Source: Phaeosaccion multiseriatum | Taxonomy: Eukaryota > Protista > Ochrophyta, other classes | DNA: 64,000 nt | Assembly: GCA_965112735.1 (NCBI GenBank) | Contig: OZ218957.1 | Coordinates: 682,001 to 746,000, forward strand | Reading direction: 5' to 3' | Part shown: positions 1 through 11,900 of the stretch, piece by piece | How positions within the stretch are numbered: position 1 is the stretch's first letter | Layout: each line of letters starts with the position of its first letter | Notes under the pieces: model-generated | What the model was told of the DNA's origin: nothing | Seen by the model: the letters and a program-made list of their open reading frames with translations, nothing else | Databases searched by the model: none | Position numbers and translations under genes: made by a program

Positions 1-1579
1 CGGCGTCCTCATCTTCCATCTTCTTCCGTCCTCTTTCCCTCAAGGCTCACTCGTTGCTGGGGTCACGTGCAACTTCCTGTAGCAGATTTCCCTCCTGACG
101 AGGCTCCGCGGCGACGCTCTTGCTCTCTCCTTTTTCTTCGTGCACAGTTCCCATCGTCCTCACTTCCTTGTAACCGTCTCGAGCCAGAGCAGCAGATCTG
201 GGGAGGAGAATCTGGGGGGGAAGAAGGATCCAACCGTCCGCCGTTTGTGATTCCTTTGTACGACCAACTTGCGAGCTACGACAAACACACATGCTATTTC
301 AGTTTCAATTTTTCATTGTTCACGTCCCTACGAAGCGGGGTGGCAGTGGATGGCAGCCGTAGCCGGATAGGATGAGAACCCGAGCGGTTGGTCCATCGGG
401 GAGAAGGGCTGCTTCTCCATCTTCTCTGTAGGGTAGGAAAGGCCGATGCCATGCCGATGCTGGTGAAGGCTGTGTCTCCTCAACGAGCTTGCTATGTCTC
501 TTCGGGGTCCATGCCGAAATACAAGGCCATCGGAGGATACATAGCATTCGTTTCACAGTCAGTCAGCCCTCAGCATTGCCCTGTCCTGCCACACCGTACA
601 CCAACCCCTCTCTCCCCCTCTCCCAGCTGGATCAACCCCTTCTCCCCGTACATTGTACCCACTCGAGTTCACATCGGAGACTGAGGAGGATCGAACCCGT
701 GCCTTGTGCGTTGAGACAATCTAGACAGACCCTCACGGTGCTCTTCCTCAAGGCCGTCCACTACCATCCATTGTCATCCACTGCCATCCACTGCCATCGA
801 CTGGAGGGTGTGCCCGCCGTCTGCGCCTCCGACGGGAATGACAAAGCCCGCTACACACGTTACACACGCCCCTCCTCTCCTCTCTGAGGATTCGCTGCTA
901 CCCCCACCCCCGAGCCCCTAGCTCCTCCGTTCCCTTCCTCTCTGCTCGGCGATAGGAGCTTGCTGCGGTGGGTTGTTTGTGACCTCGTTCCCTTCATTTG
1001 CTCTGTGCGTTGCTCCATTTGAGTGACCCAAAATCATCACATCAGGTCGGTGAGGGTCAAGTACCCATCCACGCACCCATCCACGCACCCATCCACGCAC
1101 CCACCCACCACGCAGGGCCTGTCGTACTTCCTCTCACCCACCACCGTCGGGGAGACAAACGCTCTTCGGACAGTCTTCGCCGTGAAGAAGATCCGTGTGT
1201 CCCTCTCCCCTCCAAAGATCATGTAGAGTGAGAGGGTGGGGGGTTGGACACGCCCTCAGACGCAGACAACAGGCCCCCCCCTGGGTGATACCACCATAGG
1301 CTGCCATCTCCACGTTCGAAGCCTAGCTCATCGATGGCCTCCATCCACCGCCCTCTCAAAGCCCATGTGCTTCCTGAATGAATGCAGACACCAATGCCTC
1401 GCCCTCGCACCTGCTGTGCCCCGAGTGCCGTGTGCGTACATCGTCCGTTCGTTCTCGTGGGTGAGACACACACAGAGAGAGAGAGAGAGAGAGATACAGA
1501 GGCAGCCCGCGTGTGTGTGTGGGCCCGTGTGTGTGCGTGTGTGTGAGTGCGTGTGCCACAGGAGTGACCGTTTCATTCA

Positions 1580-2761
1580 TCACGTGAGGCAATCGAAGGT
1601 GACGCGGTGGTCCGGGTGCTCCAAGCCTATGAGCACGACAGCGCCTCTCTTGTCCTGGGGGAGAGACATGAGATCCATCGTCAGATCCACCATCTTGCTG
1701 CAGTTATACGCCTGCTCCAGCGCGTGGTAGGCTGTCTCATCCTCGGGGGCGTAGTCGGAAATCCCGGTGCGCTGAAGCATCAAGTCGAGCTTTGTGCGGT
1801 CGTCCTGACCAAAGGGAAAGCCCAGCATGGCGGAGAAGAGACGCTCCATGTAGGTAAGGTCCTGCGTCTCGGCCGGGTCAAAGAGGTTGACCAAAAATAG
1901 CTCTCCTCCACCAACTCGGCCTCGTCGGGGCCTCTGGCGAAAGATGCCGTCCTCCTGCTCTTCCTCGACTCGGAAAGCCTCCTCCTGGCCCTGGCCCTGG
2001 CCTTGGCCCTGCTTCTCGTCCTCGGGTCCACCGTTCCCAAAGTAGGCCAGCACTCGTTTGTGGTACTGCTCTCTCGTCCACACCCAGCAGCCAATGGCCG
2101 AGGGAGAGTTGTTAGTGTGGCTGCTGATCCACCGGCACTTCTTGCCCGGCATCAGATCGCACACCTGAGCGCCCACCACGTGTTTGCATCTGCTCAAGAG
2201 CCACTGGTCCAGCGGCCGGGTGTTGAGAATGAACACACTGTTGGGGAAGGTCCGGTCTAGCCACTCAAAGTCCGCGCCCTCCCCGTCGGCCCACACGTCA
2301 GACAGCTTCTGCTCCCGCAGCCCGATGCGCGACTTGTGCTGCCCATCATCACCGTCAAAGGCGCCCCAGAGCTTGTTCTTGTTCTTAAGGAAGAAGTCCT
2401 TGTTACGCCCCAGCCCCCCCTGCTCTAGTGGGATGGTGTTGAGTGTCCATCCGGCGCGGTGGTAAGGCACTCGTCCAAACGCCGCCAGGATGCTGCAAAA
2501 CGTCCGAGTACCGGTTTTGTTGAAGCCGATGAAGAACACGAACCGCTTCCCGCCTCGCCCGTTGCCCCCCTCTCCCTCCTTTAGTCCTCGTGTCCCAGCA
2601 GCCGTCATATCCTCCTGGGCAGAGGGAGGAGCCGGAGGAGCTGTCGTCGAGCAAGCTGGCAAGAAAGCCTGTAGAAGCAGCAGCGACAGCGACAGAGCCA
2701 GAGCAAGAAAGGCTTGCCTCGGAGTTCTCCATCGAGGAAGCCTCCCTGACCCAACCCACAT
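1580..2761 (-). CDS. Single-exon sulfotransferase-family (P-loop, Sulfotransfer_4-like) protein with an N-terminal signal peptide/anchor
   Basis: Uninterrupted ORF whose first ATG is at 2761 (the track starts at an upstream GTG at 2788). It has a hydrophobic leader [22 protein letters not shown], a 5'-PSB-like motif FFIGFNKTGTRT and a 3'-PB-like segment FPNSVFILNTRPLDQWLLS. Later motifs REQYHKRVLAYF and LFLVNL are typical of this family. Confidence 0.8.
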   Translation of the reverse strand: MWVGSGRLPRWRTPRQAFLALALSLSLLLLQAFLPACSTTAPPAPPSAQEDMTAAGTRGLKEGEGGNGRGGKRFVFFIGFNKTGTRTFCSILAAFGRVPYHRAGWTLNTIPLEQGGLGRNKDFFLKNKNKLWGAFDGDDGQHKSRIGLREQKLSDVWADGEGADFEWLDRTFPNSVFILNTRPLDQWLLSRCKHVVGAQVCDLMPGKKCRWISSHTNNSPSAIGCWVWTREQYHKRVLAYFGNGGPEDEKQGQGQGQGQEEAFRVEEEQEDGIFRQRPRRGRVGGGELFLVNLFDPAETQDLTYMERLFSAMLGFPFGQDDRTKLDLMLQRTGISDYAPEDETAYHALEQAYNCSKMVDLTMDLMSLPQDKRGAVVLIGLEHPDHRVTFDCLT

Positions 2762-3015
2762 CGCTACCTCCAACACAACCACAGCCACCAGCCTTCCATC
2801 ACACCGCGCCGGAACGGGGCGAGTAGAAACAGGGATTACCTAAAAGTAATCTCCGTAAAGTGCCATCGCAATTTCAGGCACTCGCCCTCAACGGTTAAGA
2901 TTTCCTTTTTTTTATAGGCACCACGACGCTCCGCTTCCGAAAGAGGGGCTGCAGGCGGATGTGGACTCGAATCCTTGGTCCTACTCGCGGCGGCGGCGGC
3001 GCGGCAGAATAAGCA

Positions 3016-3092
<77 letters not shown>

Positions 3093-3095
3093 TCC
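2762..3095. promoter_or_regulatory. Putative bidirectional promoter / 5'UTRs between the sulfotransferase and the giant gene
   Basis: About 330 bp separate the divergent ATGs. The interval has an AT-rich patch (TTTTTTTATAGG near 2907-2918) and a (CAG)n tract just before the giant-gene ATG. Promoter function is inferred only from gene geometry. Confidence 0.45.
3017..3092 (+). repeat. (CAG)n microsatellite in the 5'UTR of the giant gene
   Basis: Pure CAG run immediately upstream of the ATG at 3096. Confidence 0.95.
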
Positions 3096-6000
3096 ATGAT
3101 GAGGGGCTACTGCTGCTATGCCATTGTGGCACTGCTCGCTCCAGCCCTACCCGCAGCGCAGTCGCTCCGGGTCCAAACAACGACAGGGGCTTCCATATTT
3201 CACATGCGAGAGGACGAAGCGGCGGCTATTCCTCTTCGTGTGTCCCTCAGCCCAGACGAAGGTGGTGGGGCATCAGGCAATGGCACGCTCTCTCGAGTGG
3301 ATATGTATATAAATGCCACAGTCAGCGGAGCGACATTTTCCGGCCCATACGCAGGGGTTGGTACCGGTAATGGTACCGGACAAGGCTCCCTACAATGGCT
3401 CCACATTAGCGCGGGTTCGGTAGAGGAGCTGCACACAGCGTTGGCCGCCTCTCAATACAAAGCCGCACCAGACTGGAACAGCTACAGCTTTGGCTTCGAT
3501 AGACTCGATGTCGAGGTCACAATACAGGGCATTAGGGGAGGAGATGAAGGAAGAAGCAGTAGCGCAAACAGTAACAGCAGCAGCACCGTGGCATTCTCGA
3601 GACGGGCGGAGAAGGCGCTTTTAATAGACGTGGACGGGGTCAACGACGGGCCAGCTATCAAGTGGAATTCGACAACTGAAGACCTTCGCGGCCTAGAGGA
3701 TGAGCCCGTGCAGGTGGACGGACTGCTCATCGAGGACGCTGACATTGGCGATGGCCTGCTGGAGGTCAACATATCGGCAGGGGTGCAGGGGGCAGCGCTG
3801 TGGTTCGCCAACCCCACTGCATCAGCAGGGCTGTGGATGATGGAGCGGCGGGAGGAGGAGGGGAAGCAGGAGGGCGAGGAGAAGGAGGAGGAGGAGGAGG
3901 AGGTGGTGGACGAGAGCACGCCTTCTCTGAGGTTTAGAGGCACGCTGTCGGCGGCGAACAGAGCCATCGCCTCGCTCGTGTACCAAGGCCAGGAGCACTG
4001 GGCGGGCAACGACGTGATTGTGGTTTCCGTCAGCGACATGGGAAGCAGCAGCAGCAGCTCAGCAGGAGGTACAGAGGGTCAGCTTAGCGAGCTGGGTTTG
4101 GGAGCGGAGCTGCGAATACCCGTTGCCGTGGCGCCAGTCAACGACGCCCCCCTTGTCGACGTTTCAGCGGCCCGGCGAGTCGGGCTGGAGGACCAACTGC
4201 TGCAGCTCGGGGGCGTATCCTTCACAGACGCCGACGCAGGTGAGCCCGTAGTCGGAATCGGAATAGGGCTTAGGAACAGGAATGGATAGGGAGAGAGGAA
4301 CGATGGTAGAAGGTACCGCCTACCACCCACCGATGACATGCCGCCTACCGCCTGCTGGCCTCTTCTTTCTCTCACACCAGCCACACCCCCCCCCCCCCCA
4401 TAACACACACACCTTACAACATGACCAATATCACCAACACCGCATGCACGTATGTATGGCCGCAGGAGAGAATGACGTCATGAGGGCTGACCTCGTGAGC
4501 ACGCTTGGTCGTCTCTCCGTGGTCAGTCGAGGCCGCTCCGTAAGGATAATCACAGGGACAGGCACGCTAGATCGAAGGCTCGAGGTGGCAGGGACCAGCA
4601 GCAACCTCAACGCCCTTCTCGAAACCCTCACCTTCACACCAGACGCCAATGTGAACGTCCTCAGCAACGGACACGCCATCGTGAGCATCAGCATCACCGA
4701 TGCAGGAATGGGGGGGTCTTCAGGGGCCTCACATGGGACAGGGGCGGGAGGAGGGGGAACAGATACGGCCAGAACAGGCACCGCGGAGATTGCGATTCGC
4801 CTCGACCCTGCGTACGACCCTCCTCGCCTCGTGGGGGGCTTGGTAGACGACCTAGAGGCGGGCATATGGGCAGAGGGGGGAGAGGGGTCAGAGGGCGGTA
4901 AGGATGGCGGGGGCCTATTTCGCTTGCTTGAAGACACTTCCACACGCCTCTTCCCTGGCGGGGGCTTGGCGGTGCTGGATGTGGATGACCAACTGCTCCA
5001 GGCCTCTGTGCGAGTGGAGTACGGTGCTCTTTCCGCGGGAGGCAGCACCACAGATGGCGGCAGCAGCAGCAGCAGTAGCAGTTGGTCATCCAGCAGGAGC
5101 AGCAGCAGGTCTGTTGTCTTTGTGGGCTATGCCGGCGCTGTGAATGGGTGGCTGGGCGGCCTGGTGTACAGGGGGCAACGGAACTGGAGCGGAGACGACC
5201 ACCTCGTCGTACAAATCGCACCGCATGGAGGAGGAGGAGGGGAGGAGGAGGAGGAGGAGGAGGAGGAGGAGAAGGGTAGTAGTTCCCCCTCCCCCTCCTC
5301 CTCGTCGTCGTCGTCGTCGTCGTCCTCGTCGTCCTCGTCATCGTTGTTCGAGGCGACCATCCGCGTCGAGCCTGTGAACGACGTCCCTGTCATCCTGTCC
5401 AGCTCTCCCACCTCCCTGGGGCTTTTCACAGAAGAGGACGAAGCTCTGTGGTTGGGAGGGGGTGCGATGGCAGTGGATGACGTCGACGCAGGGGAGGAGC
5501 GCTTTGTCTTCTCTGTAACGGTGGAGGAGGGCGAGCTGTTCCTCACCGCCCCATACAATGAGTCAACGTCGTCGCCAAACGTGAAGCTCACCGCACGTAT
5601 CACCAACAGCACCAGCACCTCCAGCACAGTCACAGATGGAAGCAGCAGTAGCAGCAGCAGTCATATGGGTAGTACTCTGACCCTCACGTCTCCCTTGGCC
5701 GAGGTGACCTCCATCTTGTCGACGGCGGTGTATTACCAACCTCCGAGGGACTGGAGCGGCGTGGATGCGCTGCACGTTGAGGCCATGGACGGCAAGGGTG
5801 GAGTGGCGAGGAGGAAGGTTTCTGTAACTGTCTCACCTGTCAACGATGCGCCCGTGGCGCGCCTGGAGCTGCCTACTGCTGCAACAGCAACAACCACTAC
5901 TACGGATGGTGGTGGTGGTGATGATGGTGTTGGTGCTGCTAACAACGAGAGCTCCTCCTTTCTGGTGGGGCAGTGGGCGTCCATCGGAGGCGGCCTGTCC

Positions 6001-8896
6001 GTGGTGGACGTGGATGCTCTTCAGGTACAGACCTTTCCTCTACCCACTGCCCCCCCTCTCTCCCTCCCTCCCTGCCTCCCCCCTCGCTCCCGCCCCCCCC
6101 CTCTCCCCTCGCTCCCGCCCCCCCCCTCTCCCCCACAACCCTCGCTCCCTCCCTCCATCGCCCCCTCACCCTCTCCCCCACTCTCCTCTCTTCCCCCCTC
6201 CCCCCCACACGCTTCCCTCCTACCCTCTCCAACTCCCTCCGAATAGGGTGAGGACGATGGCATGATCTCTGTGCTGCTCTCCTGTCAGCGCTGCTTATGG
6301 GCCTTGGAGCGCTCAGCGAGCTTCTACGGAGTCACAGTAGATCAGCAGCAGCGGCAGTTGGTGATACAGCAGCAAGACGGGAGCGAAACCGAGAACGAGA
6401 ACGAAACTGGCGACGATGCCATCTCCGCTGGTATTACATCACCAACTGGTGCAGATGGTCTCAGCCCGTACTCCGGGGCCACGCTCTCCTTCCGTGGGCC
6501 CATCGACCGTCTCAACCATGCGTTGCAGGGTGTGGCAATGATGCCGAGGGGCCGTCGGGCTGGCGTGGATATGCTCACTTTCGCGGCCAGCGATGGCCTC
6601 TTGTCTCACAGCACCACAGCCATGGTGAACATCGTGACTCTGTCTCAGATGGCAGTGGATGGAGGAGGACAAGGAGATGAAGAAGGAGGAGACCAAGGAG
6701 GAGAAGGAGGAGGGGCGGGGGTGTGGTTGGAGCACCACCACCTAACGCTGGCGACGACGCTGGCGACGATTTCAATGAATGAGGATGTGCCCTACCTTCT
6801 GCAGGACTTCTCCGACGTTCTCCTGCCCGGGGGGGCGGACGAGGACGAGGATATGGAGGTATATAGATTAGATGGCCTGGGCCTGGGCCTGAGGTCTTTC
6901 TTCGACTTGGACTTGGACCAAGCATTGCCGGTGTCGGTGGAGTTGACCTTCTCTGCTGGAGAGATTGTGCTGCCTGAAGAAGAAGGAGGAAGACTTGAGA
7001 AAGATGATGATGATGGTGTTGATGGTGGTGGTGGTGCCGGCTCCTCCTCCTCCTCCCCTTCGCCGTTGTGGTCTGAGCGGGTGGAGGTGAGCGTGATACC
7101 CCCGAGTGTGGCCGTTGCGTCCATCGTGAGTGGGGCTCGAGCGGGTAGGACCATCGCCGAAGCTTCGATGGCCGTCCAGCAGGCGGTATCCATAGCAGCA
7201 GCAGCAGCAGCAGCAACAGGAGGAGCAGGAGGAGCAAGAGGAGGAGGACACTGGTCGCAGCAGCAGCGGCAGCAGTTGGTGATACAGCAGCAGCCACAGC
7301 AGGCCAGTACCCTTCGCCTGCGAGGGCTGCCCGCAGATGTGCACGCCCTGCTCAGCGGCGCTGCTCTGAAACCGCCGCCCAACTGGAATAGCCTCGACCA
7401 CGGCGCCTGCTCTCTGCTGATGGCAGTGGATGGCCATCTGCTCAGAGCCGCCCTCATCGACGTGGTGCCTGTCCACGACCCTCCAACGCTCCTCCTGCCG
7501 CTGCGTAGAGGAGGGTTTCCGAGTGGGGAGGTAGGAGGAGAGGCAGGAGGAGAGGCTGCTGCTGATGGTGAGGTGGGGGCAGGGAAGGCCAAGGAGAAGG
7601 AGAGGTTGACGGGTTTGGAGGACAGCCCCCTTAACATTGGCGATGGTGTGCTGGTGCTGGAGAATGTGGATGGGGGGATGGTGGACGTACGAGTCACAGC
7701 TGGCAGGAGGGGGGCCTCTCTCTCCCTCAGCAACAGTGGCAGTTGGTCATCCAGCAGCAGCAAGCTCGCAGATGGCAATGATCAGGCCCAACTCAAGCTC
7801 CAGCAGCTGCAGTGGCAGAGACACTTGCGTGGAGCGGGCCTGCATGTGTACCCCTCGGGTAGTGCCGCCCCGGGGGGTGCCTCAGGGGGTACTGATGCTG
7901 GTGCGGATGCCCCAGGGGGGGGGGAGGGCGAGGGCGAGGGCGAGGAGGAGGAGGAGGAGGAGGAGGAGGAGGAGGAGGAGGAGGAGGAGGAGGAGGAGGA
8001 GAGTGGAAGCATTCTGCACTTCCGCGCTTCGAGTGTGGCTGCGGCCAACGAGGCGCTAAGGTCGCTCACCTACCTTGGCAAGAAGGACTGGAGCGGTCAG
8101 GATGAGGTTTCCGTGGTTGTGACGGACGACAGGGGGGCTTTCACCAACGCCACCCTCAACCTCACCCTTGCGCCCGTCAACGACCCTCCGCTCATCTCCA
8201 TCACCTCCGCTTCTTTCATCTCTTCCATCTTCCCCGAGGGACTCTCTTCCTTCCTCCCCGAGGGGGACTCACCCCTCCTCCTTCTCCCCGGGGGTGCGCG
8301 GGTCCCACGCCCGCTACGGCTCTCCGGGGGGGTCGAGGCTGGGGCTGAGGTTGAGACGTCAGCTGCTACGTCCATGGCATTATTTTCGGTGTCCGATGCT
8401 GACGATGAGACCGTAATGGTGACGTTAACGGCCGGCAAGGGCAGCCTCAGCTTAACGGCCTTCAACGGAAGCAGCTCGGTCAACGGAAGCCTTGCGGAGG
8501 AGGAGGAGGAGGAGGAGGAGGTCAACGCGAATCCCAACAAGGGCTTGTTAACCTCCTCGATAAGCGTCAACGGGACCATAAAGGAGGTTAACGCCGCCTT
8601 GACGAGGCTCACCTACACCGCCGCGGAGGAGCAATGGGGCAGGCTGCAGCTGGACTATATCGACATCACCGCCACTGACGTGCCGCCATCGTCGGATGAT
8701 GGTGGAGCAGATGTAACCGTCGAAACGGCTTCTTCCTCCTCTCCGAGGCCGGTGGTGAAGAGACGGCTGCGTGTGGAGCTCTTGCCGGCCCAGCCACCCC
8801 TGTCGTCACTGCTCGTCCTTCGACCCGACAAGGCCGTGTTGGTGAGGAAACGATCCTCGTCCTCCTTCTCCCACTTGGACGTCGAGGGGTGGGCTG

Positions 8897-8958
<62 letters not shown>

Positions 8959-11900
8959 GCTTCATCTTCTTCTTCTTGGCCTTGGCTGGTGTTGGGAGAA
9001 GCGGTAAAAGTGTCCAACGTATTCCTCGAGGGGAAGGAGAAGAACGAGGACAAGGACGATGACAGTTGCAGATACCACGACGACGACAGCTACAGCAGCG
9101 ACAGCTCCTTGGTATCAGCAGGATCCACCGACGCCCTCCCCCCCCTCCTCCTCCCACGAGAGGTGGAGCTTCGCCTGAGGCTCGCAGGTCAGGGATCCCT
9201 CCATATGCGGAAAGGTTCGGGGCAGCAGCTGAAGATAGCCGACCCCTCTTCCGCCTTTGATAGCAGCGCCTCTGCACCCGGAAACCTCACTCTCACCGGC
9301 TCGCCCTGGGCCATTGGTAAGGCACTCCGGCAGGGGGTGGTCTATAGGCCCCAGGGGGGCAACTGGTGGGGGGAGGAGGAGCTCTACATCGAAGTGGTCG
9401 ATGTGAATGTCGAGGTCGATGTGAATGTCGAGGTCGGAGAAGGAGAGGGTGACGCCAGCAGCAACAGCAGCAACAGGGGCAGCAGCAGCAGCTACACGTT
9501 GATTCTCTCCACGACGCCACCTGTGAATAACGCCCCCTCCGTCTCTATCGACGGGCATTCCTATCGTCGTAAGGAGGATGAGGAAGGTGACAAGGAGCAG
9601 CCATCTGCAAAGGCGCCGCTCCTTCTGGAGGTCTCCGAAGACGGGCGCTTGGCGCTGGAGATGCTTTCTGTAACGCATTCTGTAACTGACGCCATCGTGG
9701 AGGTCTCTGTGCGCGCCACCCACGGTGACATTGTCACTGCCAGCGGAGGAGCCGATGGATTACAACGTGGGCAGCAGAACGACGAGGGGGACGATGAAGT
9801 GGAAGTGGTGAGCTTGACTAAGTTGAGTAGCTCGAGCCTGACGGATGAGGAGGAGTGGAGTGATCAACAAGAAGATACGATGCAGCATTTGGTGATACAG
9901 TCCAGGCAGTCCGGTGGAACTGGGACCGGTCTCCGGTTCCGGGGCACACCTTCAGCCGTGGATGCCGCAATCAAAGCCTCGTGGTACCACCCACTCGCGG
10001 ACTTCGCCGGCCTCGATGAGCTTACCTTGACAGCCACTGACCAAGGGACAGGGCTGTGGCGTAGCGTCCGTGCCAGCGTGTTTGTGTCTCCGGTCAACGA
10101 TGCGCCAACTGTGAAAGCGAGCTGGAGTCCTCGCACGGCGCGACTGACGATCTTGGTGGACGACGTTGATACCGCGGAGAATAGCCTCTGTGGAGGAGGA
10201 GGAGGAGGAGGAAAGAACGAAGCGGGAAGCTTTCTGATGGTGACTGTGACACCTCGGCTGGGTACGCTGCTTGTGGGGGGCGGCGGGGCAAGAGAAGGGG
10301 TAGCGGTAGGGGAGGAGGATGACGTCGATGAGAGGTACTATTCGTTCTTCCCCTCCGATGCTGACGTGGGGGCGGCGGCAGTGGCGGCGACCGTCGTGCA
10401 GGTGGTGCAAGCAGATGCCAACAGCAGCAGCTGGTCATACAGCAACAGCAGCCGAGTTACAGCTGGCAGTAGTGGAAGTCCTGACACCGGGTGGTCTTCT
10501 TCGCCTTTGATGCTGCGAGGCACCGTGCACACTCTCAATACCGCCCTCTCCACTCTGCGCTATCGTCTCTCACCCGGAGAGGCAGCAGCAGCAGCAGCAG
10601 CAGCAGTTGGTGATACAGAGGAAGACGGAGAAGAAGGAGGGGATGATGACATGACCGAGAGCGGGGGGGTGGTGTACCTTACCATTTCAGTGGCAGACGA
10701 AGGAGTGTGTGGCTCGGAGGGCGACTCAGGCACCACAGCCACAACCACCGTGGAGCTACGCTGGGGGGAGGAGGAAGAAGTTGCCTCCGCAGAGAGCATG
10801 ACGGTGGCGGCCTGGCAGCAATCGCTTACCCTCGCTTCTTCCGCCGAGCATGTCTTTACGAAGGAGGACGAGAGGGTGCGGCTACCAGATGCTACCATCA
10901 GCAGTAGGTCATCCAGCAGCAGCAGGAGTGGTCAAGACTCTGCAGCGGCAGTGGTGATGCAGTTGGTCATCCAACCGCGAGGGGGGAGCCTCCACCTCGG
11001 CAACGAAGGTAGGCGCCTGCTTGATGAGACAGTGCTGCGGCTGTCTACACAAGGCGCAAAAAGTGGTGATACATCAGCAGTAGTTGGTGATACACCAATA
11101 GGCTACGCCTCTCAGTCTCCGGCGGCGGCAATGGCAGTGGAAGGCCTGCCGGCAGATCTCAATGCTCTCCTCTCAGACCTTTGGTTCCTCCCCACGCCGG
11201 ATTGCTTCGGAACCTGGGCACACGCAGAGTTGAGCAACGCTGGTCTGGCAAGGGTTGATATCGATCTTCGTAGCCTCACTCTTCTAGAGCAGGGGGAGGG
11301 GCGGCAGCAGGAGAAAGAGGAGCAAGAGGTGGAGGAGGAGGGGGGCGAGTTGGTAGACCAGTTGGTGGTTTACGTGTCTGTGGGGGCTGTGAATGACGCA
11401 CCGCGGCTCTTGGTGCCTCCCGAGTGGCTGGTGCTCGGGGGAAACGATAGCCTGGCCAACGTCCCTCTGCCCACAGCAGGTGGTGATACAGCGGCGTCAG
11501 CAGCAGCAGCAGCAGCAGCCATTGGTGATCCAGTGCCGCTGCAGGTGCAGACAGGCGGAGGCCGGGTGGCCCTCTCAGGTCTGGGGGTGGTCGATCCCGA
11601 GGGGGACATTGTAACATTGGACGTTTCGCCCTTCTTCGTGAGAACGGGGCCCGGGGAGGGCGGAGGTGACTCCCCGAAGGTAGGCGTCGTCGGAGTGGAC
11701 GAGATGGTGGCCTTACGTAATGGGGTGTTGGTGTTACGCAACTTTGGTGGGGAAGGAGAGGGGGATGGCACTCTGCGGCTCGTGGGGCTGGAGGAGTACG
11801 TTACAAGCACCCTGGCGACGCTAGTCTATACCACCAACGCGTCTACATGGACAGGGCGTCACCTCCTCCAGTTTGTGGCGCGGGATGGTGCAAGTGATAG

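Noticed and set aside
1-1300. Possible exons in the first 1.3 kb: a minus-strand ATG at 152 with a GTGAG donor near 50, and a plus-strand CAG|GTCGGT...CGCAG|GGC segment ending at 1226
   Set aside because: No recognisable protein motif and no consistent multi-exon frame could be built, so there is too little support to call a gene.
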